64,000 bases of DNA from Flavobacteriales bacterium (lineage in GTDB: Bacteria; Bacteroidota; Bacteroidia; NS11-12g; UBA9320), in contig JACJZT010000003.1 of assembly GCA_020635455.1 (NCBI GenBank), forward strand, positions 266,143 through 330,142, read 5' to 3'. The first letter of the stretch is position 1; each line of letters opens with the position of its first letter. The notes beneath the pieces were generated by a model, which did no database searches, had not been told where the DNA came from, and was given only the letters and a program-made list of their open reading frames with translations. Made by a program: the position numbers and the translations under genes. Below are positions 53,211-63,298 of the stretch, in pieces.

Positions 53211-55985
53211 ATGAAAAAATTAATTCTAGCCTTAAGCTTTATTAGCTATTTCACATTTACCTATGCGCAAAACGCCGAAAAATTCTTTAAAAACAAAGAT
53301 TATCAGAGAGCCGTTTTTGCGTACGAAAGGGAGGTAAAAAACGATCCTTCCCTGTATCTTAATCTGGGAAAGACCTATTTTGCCCTACAAAAATTCGACC
53401 AAGCCATTGAGGCTTTAAAACTTTACAAGGAAAAATACTCAAAGGCAGATGTGGCGTATGTTGACAAGTTCATTGCCCTGCTGGAACGCGACGACGAAAT
53501 GGTTAAAGTTGAGAACATCGGACCCACCTTTAATACCAGTGCCAATGAATTCTTGCCACGTATACTGGCCGATGGAAAAACCTTGTATTTTTTGTCAAAC
53601 CGGTCCGGAGGAAGCGGTGGAGAAGACATTTATTATTCATCAATGGACAAAAACGGTAACTGGTCAAGCCCAAAACAACTTTATGACCTTAATTCGAGCA
53701 GTAATGAGGGTATCCTTGCCATTTCCCCGGATGAAAAAGTGGCAATTGTTTTTGGAAATTACAAAGGATCGTTTGGCGGAGGTGATTTGTTTTATTCGGT
53801 AAAAACGGAGAACGGATGGACGCCTCCCTGTAATATTGGAGGAACCATTAATACCAAAAGGTGGGAATCACTGGCATGTATCGGTTCGGATGGAAAAACG
53901 CTTATCTATTCTACCGACCTGGGAAACGGCAACAGCAGCGATTTGTACATCACTTTTTTGAGCGAAGATGGCTGGAGCAAGCCCATCAGTCTGGGTTCCA
54001 CCATAAATACTAAAGAGGATGAAAAATATCCTTTTCTTTCGGCCGATGGGAAAACACTGTACTTTTCCTCAAACGGCCATTTTGGTTTTGGAGACAAAGA
54101 CCTCTTCATGTCACGACGACTCGATGATTCCTGGACCAAATGGAGTGAACCCATTAACCTGGGTAAGTACATCAATACCCTTGAAAGCGATGCAGACCTT
54201 TCGATCCCGGGATCCGGAAACATGGCCTATGTTGTAAGAACCGACGCACCGGACGGTTATGGAGGAAACGACATTTATAAATTCCTTATACCTTATTCCA
54301 TGCGCCCTGAGCAATTGTTTAAAGTGTATGGATACGTAACCAATGAAAAAGATTCGGCAGCCGAAGTAAACATCAGGTTTGTGGATATGGCGACCAATAA
54401 AGAAGTTACTAAAGCGACCAGCAATGCCGAAACCGGTTATTATTCAACCAGTTTGCCCTTGAATAAAAAATACATGGCCATTATTGATATGAAAGGATTC
54501 CTGTATTATTCTGAGATCATTGATCTGACCAACCCGGATAAGTACAGAAAAAAATACACGTTCCAGCAAAAAATAGCTGTCCAGAGAAAAAGACTTGATG
54601 AATTGAAAGCCCAACTGGATAAACTTAATGTGGATATCGGCAATTTGAACCAATCGAATTCTGATCAGTTAAAAGTTGTCTTCGATAAATATGAACTTGC
54701 CTTTAAACAATATAACCTCGCACTGGAAGAAATGGAAAACCTGGTTTATCAGGCCAAATATGCATGGATGACTGAAAATACCGAAGACCTGTCGCTTCAG
54801 AAAGACTTCCATGTGAAAAGAGCGATTATTGGAGCTAAATTCGAGTTGAAGAATATTTTCTTTGAGTTGGGCTCAGCGGTGTTAAAAGAGGATTCTAAAA
54901 AGGAACTCGACAAACTGGTGGAAATAATGAAGTATAGTGAGATCGTTATTGAACTGGGTGGGCATACCGATAGCATTGGAACTTCTGAAGCCAATCAGAA
55001 ACTTTCACAGGACAGGGTTGAGTCCGTAAAAAAGTACCTTACTGATAAAGGAATATCCCAAAACCGTATGGTAGCGGTAGGTTATGGTGAAACCCTGCCG
55101 GTGGCTTCAAATTCCACTCCTGAAGGCCGTCAGCTTAACCGAAGAGTGGAGGTGAAGATCCTGAAACTACAGGCCGACAAAGAAGGAACGGATGTGGTGA
55201 CCGAGGAAGACAAAAAGAAAAAAGACAAAAAAGAAGTCGCACCGGTTGCCAAAAAGGGCGAAATGTTACCAATTTTACAGGCTGCAGCGCGCAAAGGCGG
55301 ATTGCCTTCCGGAAGCGATTGTAACAGCGAGGTTTACGTTCCCAAATACACCAATACCAACTACAAGGGTACCAATACCAAAAACAATAACAATAAGTAT
55401 GGCAAGGGAAGTTATTTCGACAAAGATCGTTTAAGCATTAAGGAAAACATCTATAAGCAATTTAACCTTAGCCTTATGAATCACCGGTACAAGAGTATGG
55501 GAATGTCGACCGGTGCATCCATGATCCTTTTAAATAAAAAGAAATTAAACGAACATCATCTTGAGTATTACTTTGGCAATCCAAATAATGTAAAATGGGG
55601 TGCGGGATATACCGGTTTGAAAATGTGGCAGCTCAAGGAGAAGACCGGTTTGCCCATGAACATCTTTGCCGGACTCGACCTGAAATATTTCGAGAACGAT
55701 GGCGGAGCCTCTCAGAAGGAAGACGACAATTTCTATCATTTGAATGTTCCCGTTGGCGCCCGTTTGATCTTCCCTGTTAAACAGATCATTTTTGCCCCCG
55801 AATTCCAATACAGTTTTATGCTCGCCAGAAACAAGAAAGAACCCTTTGGAGAACCCTTTATGGACAATACCAGTTTTATGAAATTCGGAGCTATGGCAAG
55901 ATGGAAGTTCCTTCACGCCGGATTGCATGTAAACCTTGGTAAAGAAATAAGTTTCCTCGGCTACCGCCTTGGCGTATCTTTCTAA
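53211..55985 (+). CDS. OmpA-family multidomain protein (TPR, PD40/WD40-like beta-propeller repeats, OmpA C-like domain, long C-terminal extension)
   Basis: Signal peptide. TPR-like N-terminus. Repeated Tol-Pal PD40-type motifs (DGKTLYFLSNR, DGKTLIYSTD, DGKTLYFSSNG). OmpA peptidoglycan-binding motif ELGGHTDSIGTSEANQKLSQDRVESVKKYL...NRRVEV. Confidence 0.75.
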   Translation: MKKLILALSFISYFTFTYAQNAEKFFKNKDYQRAVFAYEREVKNDPSLYLNLGKTYFALQKFDQAIEALKLYKEKYSKADVAYVDKFIALLERDDEMVKVENIGPTFNTSANEFLPRILADGKTLYFLSNRSGGSGGEDIYYSSMDKNGNWSSPKQLYDLNSSSNEGILAISPDEKVAIVFGNYKGSFGGGDLFYSVKTENGWTPPCNIGGTINTKRWESLACIGSDGKTLIYSTDLGNGNSSDLYITFLSEDGWSKPISLGSTINTKEDEKYPFLSADGKTLYFSSNGHFGFGDKDLFMSRRLDDSWTKWSEPINLGKYINTLESDADLSIPGSGNMAYVVRTDAPDGYGGNDIYKFLIPYSMRPEQLFKVYGYVTNEKDSAAEVNIRFVDMATNKEVTKATSNAETGYYSTSLPLNKKYMAIIDMKGFLYYSEIIDLTNPDKYRKKYTFQQKIAVQRKRLDELKAQLDKLNVDIGNLNQSNSDQLKVVFDKYELAFKQYNLALEEMENLVYQAKYAWMTENTEDLSLQKDFHVKRAIIGAKFELKNIFFELGSAVLKEDSKKELDKLVEIMKYSEIVIELGGHTDSIGTSEANQKLSQDRVESVKKYLTDKGISQNRMVAVGYGETLPVASNSTPEGRQLNRRVEVKILKLQADKEGTDVVTEEDKKKKDKKEVAPVAKKGEMLPILQAAARKGGLPSGSDCNSEVYVPKYTNTNYKGTNTKNNNNKYGKGSYFDKDRLSIKENIYKQFNLSLMNHRYKSMGMSTGASMILLNKKKLNEHHLEYYFGNPNNVKWGAGYTGLKMWQLKEKTGLPMNIFAGLDLKYFENDGGASQKEDDNFYHLNVPVGARLIFPVKQIIFAPEFQYSFMLARNKKEPFGEPFMDNTSFMKFGAMARWKFLHAGLHVNLGKEISFLGYRLGVSF

Positions 55986-56004
55986 ATCAAAGCAAAACTT
56001 TTAT

Positions 56005-56036
56005 GAAAAAGGGTCTTGATTCAAGGCCTTTTTTCA
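56005..56036 (+). terminator. Rho-independent terminator after the OmpA-family gene
   Basis: AAAAAGGGTCTTG-att-CAAGGCCTTTTT hairpin followed by a T-run. Confidence 0.5.
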
Positions 56037-56100
56037 TTTGTAAGGGAGTAAACAGTAAGAATTGAAAAAAATAAACGTAATTTGAAACAGGATATTAACT

Positions 56101-56898
56101 ATGGAAAAAAAGAAGTTTCTGGTAGCAACCGATTTAACTGAAGCATCTGACCGAGCTCTAAAAACTGCATGTCTTCTTGCAAGTGAATTCAATAACGAAG
56201 TGATTCTGCTTCATATTTTTGAGGTGGCCGATGTGGATGAAAATGCAAAAAGGATCATTGCTTCCAGTTTCTTTAACAGAGACATCAAACATCAGCTAAG
56301 AGAAACCGTTGAACAAATTGCTTCGACCGAGAAGGTGCAAATATCTTATTTGACCAAAGAAGGAGAATTGTTCAATGAAATCAAGAAGGCAACTTCCGAA
56401 ACCGGTGCCGACATTTTATTTATCGGAACTCATGGCGTACATGGCATTCAGCATCTCACCGGAAGTTTTATTGCTAAAACCGTAAACACAGTTTCCATTC
56501 CTGTGTGGATCACTCAAAAGGATACTCCGGTTGAAAGGTATGAGAACCTTATTATTTACATCGACGAGTTTCCGGAAGAAGTCTTAAATCCATTTACACT
56601 CGAACTTGCAAAAAAATATTCCTGCGATCTGCATTTTGTGATCACTGAGCCTGCCAATGCGTTTCATGTTACGGAAATCATCAAGAAAACCTCCGAAAAA
56701 TTGGATGCCGAAGAATTGAACTACACCTTTACCAATATTTCGGAACATACGGATAAACTCAAATCCCTTGAAGAGTTCGCATCGGGAAAAAAGTCGCCTC
56801 TCATCATTACCAACCGAAACAATAAACCGGTAGATACGATGGTTCAGATCCTTACCAACCGTCACCATATTGAGGTTTTATGCTTAAATTCTAATTGA
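56101..56898 (+). CDS. Universal stress protein family (tandem Usp domains)
   Basis: 265 aa. Two Usp-like halves, with the ATP-binding G-x2-G-x9-G(S/T) signature in the first half only (GADILFIGTHGVHGIQHLTGS). Confidence 0.55.
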   Translation: MEKKKFLVATDLTEASDRALKTACLLASEFNNEVILLHIFEVADVDENAKRIIASSFFNRDIKHQLRETVEQIASTEKVQISYLTKEGELFNEIKKATSETGADILFIGTHGVHGIQHLTGSFIAKTVNTVSIPVWITQKDTPVERYENLIIYIDEFPEEVLNPFTLELAKKYSCDLHFVITEPANAFHVTEIIKKTSEKLDAEELNYTFTNISEHTDKLKSLEEFASGKKSPLIITNRNNKPVDTMVQILTNRHHIEVLCLNSN

Positions 56899-56919
56899 CC
56901 TTCAATATTTCTGATCAAT

Positions 56920-57849
56920 TCATTTCTTAAAGAACACATCCGTAGCTCCATATCCGAACTTACTTTTCTGAGCCTCGGCAAAGGTTTTAACGGCTGCATG
57001 ACCGCTCAATACTTTCCATATCCTGTTTTTCAATACACCGTTTCCGACACCGTGTATCAGGGTTAATTTTTCGTAATTCAGTGCCTGAGCTTTTTCAAAA
57101 GCATTCCTGAATACATTCATTTGCAGCTCCAATGCTTCTTCTGCATCCAGATCGCCAAAGTTTTCGGTAAGCTTATTAATATGCAGATCCAAAATTTCCG
57201 AGGGTCGATGAATTTCATGGACCTCATTTTCTTTCGGTATCAAACTGCCCACATCCTTTGATTCAAGAACAAACTGCTCTACCCTGTAAGGTTTTAAAGG
57301 AATGGTATACATTCGTTTATCACCTTGAGAAATGGGTTGTGAAAAATCTTTTGAACGGAAAGTATATTCCAGATACCATGGAGCCCGAGGCAAATCGCTT
57401 GATTTTTCATGAAAAACGATCCTGAAACAGTAGGTACCCCAGTTACTAATTTCTCCAAGGTCAAGCGTATTAAAAAGATACGCCCTGCCGGACTCAAGTT
57501 TACCGCCGAATAAAGCTTCAAATCGATCTTTCTTTTTGCAACTGATGCTGATAAGTACTTCGTGTTCTCCCGAGTTAAGTATGTTTGCTCCAAACCAGTT
57601 TCCCGATCTTGCCTCAAATACGATCATGATCTCAGATTCGGTTCTGTTTTGTGAGCGATCTTTTAAGGGTGACTGAATATTCTTTGGATCTTTTACCTCC
57701 TGCGAAGCTTCTACAATAACTTCCTGTTTTAAAACAGGTATTTCAAAACCATCTTCAATGCTAACTCCTACGGTTTCGTCGTCAATGAAACGGGTAATGA
57801 TACCACTGAGTTTTTCATTAACAAAATTAACTCTGTCGCCGATCTGCAA
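56920..57849 (-). CDS. Smr (MutS2-related) domain protein with N-terminal DUF2027-like region
   Basis: C-terminal Smr motif LDLHINKL...LTLIHGVGNGVLKNRIWKVL. Confidence 0.55.
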   Translation of the reverse strand: MQIGDRVNFVNEKLSGIITRFIDDETVGVSIEDGFEIPVLKQEVIVEASQEVKDPKNIQSPLKDRSQNRTESEIMIVFEARSGNWFGANILNSGEHEVLISISCKKKDRFEALFGGKLESGRAYLFNTLDLGEISNWGTYCFRIVFHEKSSDLPRAPWYLEYTFRSKDFSQPISQGDKRMYTIPLKPYRVEQFVLESKDVGSLIPKENEVHEIHRPSEILDLHINKLTENFGDLDAEEALELQMNVFRNAFEKAQALNYEKLTLIHGVGNGVLKNRIWKVLSGHAAVKTFAEAQKSKFGYGATDVFFKK

Positions 57850-57873
57850 AACCCTGTATTAAATAAATCAAGT

Positions 57874-58776
57874 TTAAACGGACACCGCATTTGCTGCAGC
57901 AAAGGTTCTCATTTGTTCAATTAGCTTTGTTTCGGTACCCGGACCAACATTTGCAAGTGGCAGCCGCACCCTGTCGGTACAGATTCCCATTTCCCTCAAA
58001 ATCACTTTTATTCCACCCGGACTTCCATCTTCAAAGATGGTTTCCATCAGAGACAAGAGTCGGTAGTGAATTTTTCGGGCCTCAGCCCATTTACCATCCA
58101 GACAATTCTTAACCATTTTAGAAAATTCATTTGGATAGGCATTTCCAATTACAGAAATGACCCCATTCATTCCAAGGGCCATAAAGGGAAAGGTATATGC
58201 ATCATCACCTGAAATTACAGAGAAGTTGTCGGGTTTGTTGTTTATTATTTCCATTACCTGAGAAAAATTCCCTGAGGCTTCCTTGGTTGCGATAATGTTG
58301 TTCAGGCCGGCAATACGCAGTTGAGTCGCAGCGGTCATGTTGCTTCCTGTTCTGCCCGGGACGTTGTATATAATAACTGGCTTTGGACTAACTTCGGATA
58401 TTGATCGGTAATGCTGATAGATGCCTTCCTGATTTGGTTTGTTGTAATATGGACTAACGGACAATACTGCATCGTATCCATTAAAGTCGAAGGATTTGAG
58501 GTGTTCGATCACATCCAGTGTATTGTTGCCACCAATACCTGCCACCAGGGGTACCCTCCCGGCAGAAACTTCCTTTATTTTCATAAAAACATGCTTCTTT
58601 TCATCTGCACTAAGTGTTGCCGATTCACCGGTGGTACCTAAAACCACAAGATAATTAACCCCTCCGGAAATCAAATGTTCCGTTAAATTCGCCAGGGCAT
58701 CGTAATCAACCGCGAGGCCATTGGTAAACGGAGTAATCATTGCTACTCCCAATCCTTTAAAGTTTGATCTATTCAT
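57874..58776 (-). CDS. dapA: 4-hydroxy-tetrahydrodipicolinate synthase
   Basis: DapA N-terminus GVAMITPF. The active-site Lys lies in a TKEASG context (NIIATKEASGN). Confidence 0.85.
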   Translation of the reverse strand: MNRSNFKGLGVAMITPFTNGLAVDYDALANLTEHLISGGVNYLVVLGTTGESATLSADEKKHVFMKIKEVSAGRVPLVAGIGGNNTLDVIEHLKSFDFNGYDAVLSVSPYYNKPNQEGIYQHYRSISEVSPKPVIIYNVPGRTGSNMTAATQLRIAGLNNIIATKEASGNFSQVMEIINNKPDNFSVISGDDAYTFPFMALGMNGVISVIGNAYPNEFSKMVKNCLDGKWAEARKIHYRLLSLMETIFEDGSPGGIKVILREMGICTDRVRLPLANVGPGTETKLIEQMRTFAAANAVSV

Positions 58777-59308
58777 TCTTAATTTTATTCATGTATAAAA
58801 GGTAGGCTTCCAGCAGGTCAGCAGTAGATTTATTTTCCAGTCCATGTAACATAAAATCGAAGCATGCGGTAAATTTTCTGTGAAACGTTCCCAATCTGCA
58901 ATTTGCCCTGCTAAGAGCCGAAACTCCCACCATTGGAAGCTGATCAGCCGTATAAACGTTCAAAAGATAATCGAAGGGTTCGTTGGAAAACCTCAAGATC
59001 CTGTCTTTATAAGGAAGCTTATACCAATGAAGGTCTTTCTGGCAATAAAAATCATTTTTTGCATCCGGTATTCTGTTCTCCGGGATCTTTTTTTTATCAA
59101 CAAAACCAAGTGAAAATACCTCTTTGCCGGATCGATTTAATTTTTCGCTTACCTGATTAACCGCTTCAACGCTGGTATCCTCGGTGGCATCGTATAAGAT
59201 CCCTACGCTTCGCACCAGGTTAAATGAAGTGGTTTTTCGAGGATGTTCGTTACTATTGTTGTAAATTTTAAGAAATCTGCTCGCTATAGGTTTACCAAAA
59301 TCCCTCAT
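58769..59308 (-). CDS. Hypothetical protein
   Basis: 179 aa. Overlaps the dapA start by 8 nt. No motifs recognised. Confidence 0.4.
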   Translation of the reverse strand: MRDFGKPIASRFLKIYNNSNEHPRKTTSFNLVRSVGILYDATEDTSVEAVNQVSEKLNRSGKEVFSLGFVDKKKIPENRIPDAKNDFYCQKDLHWYKLPYKDRILRFSNEPFDYLLNVYTADQLPMVGVSALSRANCRLGTFHRKFTACFDFMLHGLENKSTADLLEAYLLYMNKIKNE

Positions 59309-59400
59309 CCTTCAGGTTTTATGAAAAAACGTAAATCGTTAATCCTTATTGGCAAATATACTCTTTATGTTTAAGTATTAATTCTGCTCAATTCAAATGT

Positions 59401-61461
59401 TCAATCCGAGATCATATCCAAAAAATCCCTTTCCGATATGACCGGAATGTTTAAACTCTTTGCTTTTTCAAGCTTCGCAGGACCCATATTCTCACCCGCC
59501 AGCACATAATCGGTTTTAGATGAAATACTTCCGCTGTTCTTTCCTCCAAACTTTTCGATGGCCTCTTTGATCTGATCTCTGCTAAACTCCGTAAAAACAC
59601 CACTTACCACAAATATCTTTCCATTGAGTTTATTTATAACTTCGGTAAGAGAACTTTCGTCTACCGACAGTTGAATGCCATGATCTTTCAACTTCGCAAT
59701 GATCTCGAGATGGACCGGATTGCGAAACCAATCCAGAATGCTTTCGGCTATTCGCTCTCCAATCTCATCTACAGCAACCAGTTCATCATATCCCGCATTT
59801 AAAAGTGCTTCTATACTTTTGAATTTTTTTGTGATCTTTTTAGCTACCGTTTCACCCACAAATCGAATACCCAAACCATAAAGCACCCTTTCAAAAGGTA
59901 TTTTTTTTGAATCTTCAATTCCCCTGATCAGGTTCTCAGCCGATTTCTCGCGGATACTGACCGTTCGTTCATCGCCTGTAAGTTCATTTATAGTGGTTTT
60001 GGTGATACCTATGATCTTATCATAACGAAGCTCATAAAAATCTGCTACCGTTCTCAACAATCCTTTTTCCCACAACAGGTCGATGGTTTCTTCTCCCATA
60101 CTGTTAATGTCAAGGGCTTTTCTTGATACAAAATGGATCAATTTACCTTTGATCTGTGGAGGGCAACCTTCCTCGTTCGGGCAATAGTGGGCAGCTTCTC
60201 CTTCGATTCGTATTAAGGGAGTTCCACATTCGGGGCAACTCTCAATAAAAGTAAGTGATTTTGTTCCGGGTGGCCGTAAATTAAGATCCACACCTACGAT
60301 CTTAGGGATGATCTCTCCCCCTTTTTCAACAAAAACGGTATCACCTTCACGAACATCAAGTTGTTCAATAATGTCCTGATTGTGCAAAGAGGCTCTTTTT
60401 ACGGTTGTACCCAAAATTGAAACCGGCTTTAAATTAGCCACAGGAGTTATTGCACCGGTCCTTCCCACCTGATACGTTACCTTTTGCAAAACTGTTGCTA
60501 CTCTTTCGGTTTCAAACTTATAAGCAATGGCCCATCTTGGAAATTTTGCTGTAAAACCAAGTTCGTCCTGAAGTTGAAAACTGTTCACCTTCACCACCAC
60601 CCCGTCAATGTCGAAACTAAGATTCTTTCTCTCCTTACTCCAAAGTTCGATGAAAGACCAAACTTCATCAAAATTCCTACAGATCTTCATAGCCTTATTT
60701 ACGGGTAAACCCCACTCAGAAGCTGTAATAAGACTCTGATAATGGTGCGTAAATGTTTTCCGGTCGCCCAACACATGGTAAAAAAAACAATCCAGAGGCC
60801 TCTTGGCAACTTCTTTGCTTTCCTGCATTTTGATGGTACCTGCGGCTGAGTTCCTTGGATTCGCAAAAGCTTGCTCTCCGGCTTCCAATCTTACGGCATT
60901 CATGCGTTCAAATGCTTTACGGTGCATAAAAATTTCTCCCCTGATCTCAAACTCATCGGGATAAGATCCGGAAAGTTGATGTGGAATGCTCCGGATGGTT
61001 TTTACATTTTCGGTTACGTCATCACCCTCGATCCCGTCGCCGCGTGTGAGGGCCTGAACAAGAGTTCCGTTACGGTAGGTGATACCAATGGCAAATCCAT
61101 CAAATTTTAGTTCACAAACGTATTCGGGCTCTACACCGGCAAGTTTAACCGCGCGATCGTGAAAATCCCTCAATTCATCTTTGCTGTACGTATTGCCCAA
61201 AGACAGCATCGGCCTGCTATGCTTTATGGTATTGAAGTTTTTTGTAACGGCTCCCCCAACTACCTTAACCGGTGAATCGGCATGTGCCCATTGGGGAAAT
61301 TCATTTTCAAGTCGTTCAAGCTCCTTTAACTTTATATCGAATTCATAGTCGCTGATAACAGGCTCTGCAAGTACATAGTATCGGTAATTATGCTCTTTTA
61401 GCTCCCTGGTAAGTTCGTCAATTTTAAGTTTAGGAGAACTGTTAAAAAGATCTTCGGTCAC
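59401..61461 (-). CDS. ligA: NAD-dependent DNA ligase
   Basis: 686 aa. Adenylation motif KFDG (ELKFDGFA), Zn finger CPECGTPL...CPN, and HhH and BRCT regions. GTG start, with an upstream -7 box TAaaTTTG (plus-strand CAAATTTA at 61469-61476). Confidence 0.9.
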   Translation of the reverse strand: MTEDLFNSSPKLKIDELTRELKEHNYRYYVLAEPVISDYEFDIKLKELERLENEFPQWAHADSPVKVVGGAVTKNFNTIKHSRPMLSLGNTYSKDELRDFHDRAVKLAGVEPEYVCELKFDGFAIGITYRNGTLVQALTRGDGIEGDDVTENVKTIRSIPHQLSGSYPDEFEIRGEIFMHRKAFERMNAVRLEAGEQAFANPRNSAAGTIKMQESKEVAKRPLDCFFYHVLGDRKTFTHHYQSLITASEWGLPVNKAMKICRNFDEVWSFIELWSKERKNLSFDIDGVVVKVNSFQLQDELGFTAKFPRWAIAYKFETERVATVLQKVTYQVGRTGAITPVANLKPVSILGTTVKRASLHNQDIIEQLDVREGDTVFVEKGGEIIPKIVGVDLNLRPPGTKSLTFIESCPECGTPLIRIEGEAAHYCPNEEGCPPQIKGKLIHFVSRKALDINSMGEETIDLLWEKGLLRTVADFYELRYDKIIGITKTTINELTGDERTVSIREKSAENLIRGIEDSKKIPFERVLYGLGIRFVGETVAKKITKKFKSIEALLNAGYDELVAVDEIGERIAESILDWFRNPVHLEIIAKLKDHGIQLSVDESSLTEVINKLNGKIFVVSGVFTEFSRDQIKEAIEKFGGKNSGSISSKTDYVLAGENMGPAKLEKAKSLNIPVISERDFLDMISD

Positions 61462-61547
61462 GTGTAAACAAATTTATGCCTCAAACATACAAATCTTTGC
61501 AGGCTTGTAGAAGGTGTATTTATACTTTTCATTAATTTGCACCTATC

Positions 61548-63230
61548 ATGAATCAGTGCATTAAAGCTTTTCTTTCATGTTTGATTTTACTGCCGGGCTT
61601 GCCCTTACAGGCGCAGTTTACCTACATGCCGATCAATAGTTTTACAAACTATCACCTTGACCAACTCGACATTTCAGGGGATTTAAAAAACACAGTTACA
61701 TCCGTTAAACCAATACCCAGGTCGGATCTTTATTCCCGTGCAAATTCTTATGAGTTCAAACCTTCGAAAAGATATTTTCAGATTGAACTTTTTGAATATA
61801 CCGGTAAGCTGAATTCAAAATCGGATAAACCGGATGAAAATGCGAATCCATGGAAAGGTTTCAAAAAATCCATCTATCAAACTCCCGCAGCCTTCTTTTC
61901 AGTTAAAACTCCGGGACTTATCTTGATGCTAAACCCTGTGTTGGGTTTGTCGGCAGGTTATGACCAAAGTTCCGGATCCGTTACAAATCGTTTTTCAGAA
62001 GGTTTCGAAGTGCGGGGAACCATCGATTCAAAAGTTGGATTTTATTCACGATTGAGCATCAATCATTTCAAATTTCCGGACTATTTCAACAGCATCATTG
62101 ATTCCAATCTTGTTATACCCGGTGAAGGGTATCATGTTCGCTCAGAAGGTAGTTTCGAAAAATTTCTCAAATCGGCAGGATACATAACCTTTTCACCAAC
62201 CAGTCATATTGGTATGCAACTGGGATTCGACCGTAATTTCATTGGAAACGGTTACCGCAGTTTGATCCTTTCAAATTTTGCTCGGGAATATCCTTTCCTG
62301 AAGATCAACACAAAAATCTGGAGGTTGAATTATCAGAATCTGTTCACCCAACTTATCGATTACAACAAACAATCTGCCACCGGTAAGGGACAGCAACCCA
62401 AGTTTATGACCAGTCATTATCTCGGGATGAAGTTATTCAAAAATCTGGATATTGGATTATTCGAATCGGTCGTTTTCAGCCGGTCAGACAGTACCGGAAG
62501 CAGGGGGTTTGATCTGAACTATCTCAATCCAATAATATTTTATACTGCCATTGAGCGCGATTTGAATAGCGGTGATAATGTTATTGTAGGTTTCGACTGG
62601 AAATGGAATTTCCTTCAACGTTTTTCGTTTTACGGGCAGTTGGTACTTGATGAGTTTTCGGGAAAGGAAATGTTAAAACGCAGTGGATGGTGGGGTAATA
62701 AGTATGGTGCCCAGGCCGGATTAAAATACATTAACGCACTGGGAATTAAAGGCTTGTTCTTACAGGCTGAATACAATCTTGTAAGACCTTACACCTATTC
62801 TCATTTCAACAGAAGTCAGAATTATGTTCATTATAATGAAGCTCTTGCTCATCCCCTACAGGCAAATTTCAGGGAAATTATCTTTAACCTAAGGTATCAG
62901 CTGAATTACAGATGGTTTATCGACGGAGGGTTTATCGTGGCTGAGCGAGGCTTGGACAGCAGCGCTACTTCGAAAAGTTTTGGGGGAAATATTCTCACCA
63001 CCTATCTCAACCGGCCTTATGAATACGAACACAGCATCGGACAGGGTGTTTTAACAAAATACAATATTATCTGGTTGAATTTGTCGTACATGGCTTATCA
63101 TAACCTGTGGCTAGATGCCCGTGTAAATTTAAGAAGTTTGAAAAGCGACCTGTCAAAATACGACTCTGAAAGCAGTTGGGTACAACTTGGACTGCGAATG
63201 AATGTTAGCATGCGGAACTATGATTTTTAA
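61548..63230 (+). CDS. Hypothetical outer-membrane (beta-barrel-like) protein
   Basis: Signal peptide MNQCIKAFLSCLILLPGLPLQAQ. Alternating aromatic/hydrophobic beta-strand pattern ending in an aromatic C-terminus (NYDF). Confidence 0.4.
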   Translation: MNQCIKAFLSCLILLPGLPLQAQFTYMPINSFTNYHLDQLDISGDLKNTVTSVKPIPRSDLYSRANSYEFKPSKRYFQIELFEYTGKLNSKSDKPDENANPWKGFKKSIYQTPAAFFSVKTPGLILMLNPVLGLSAGYDQSSGSVTNRFSEGFEVRGTIDSKVGFYSRLSINHFKFPDYFNSIIDSNLVIPGEGYHVRSEGSFEKFLKSAGYITFSPTSHIGMQLGFDRNFIGNGYRSLILSNFAREYPFLKINTKIWRLNYQNLFTQLIDYNKQSATGKGQQPKFMTSHYLGMKLFKNLDIGLFESVVFSRSDSTGSRGFDLNYLNPIIFYTAIERDLNSGDNVIVGFDWKWNFLQRFSFYGQLVLDEFSGKEMLKRSGWWGNKYGAQAGLKYINALGIKGLFLQAEYNLVRPYTYSHFNRSQNYVHYNEALAHPLQANFREIIFNLRYQLNYRWFIDGGFIVAERGLDSSATSKSFGGNILTTYLNRPYEYEHSIGQGVLTKYNIIWLNLSYMAYHNLWLDARVNLRSLKSDLSKYDSESSWVQLGLRMNVSMRNYDF

Positions 63231-63283
63231 GCATTTGTTTCAGAATACGCCTGTTTTGGAAAAAAGAATAGCTTACTTTATCT

Positions 63284-63291
63284 AATTTTGC
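63284..63291 (+). promoter_or_regulatory. -7 box TAatTTTG positioned for a leaderless transcript of the GT2 gene
   Basis: TAATTTTG ends 7 nt before the ATG at 63299. Confidence 0.4.
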
Positions 63292-63298
63292 TACTGAA

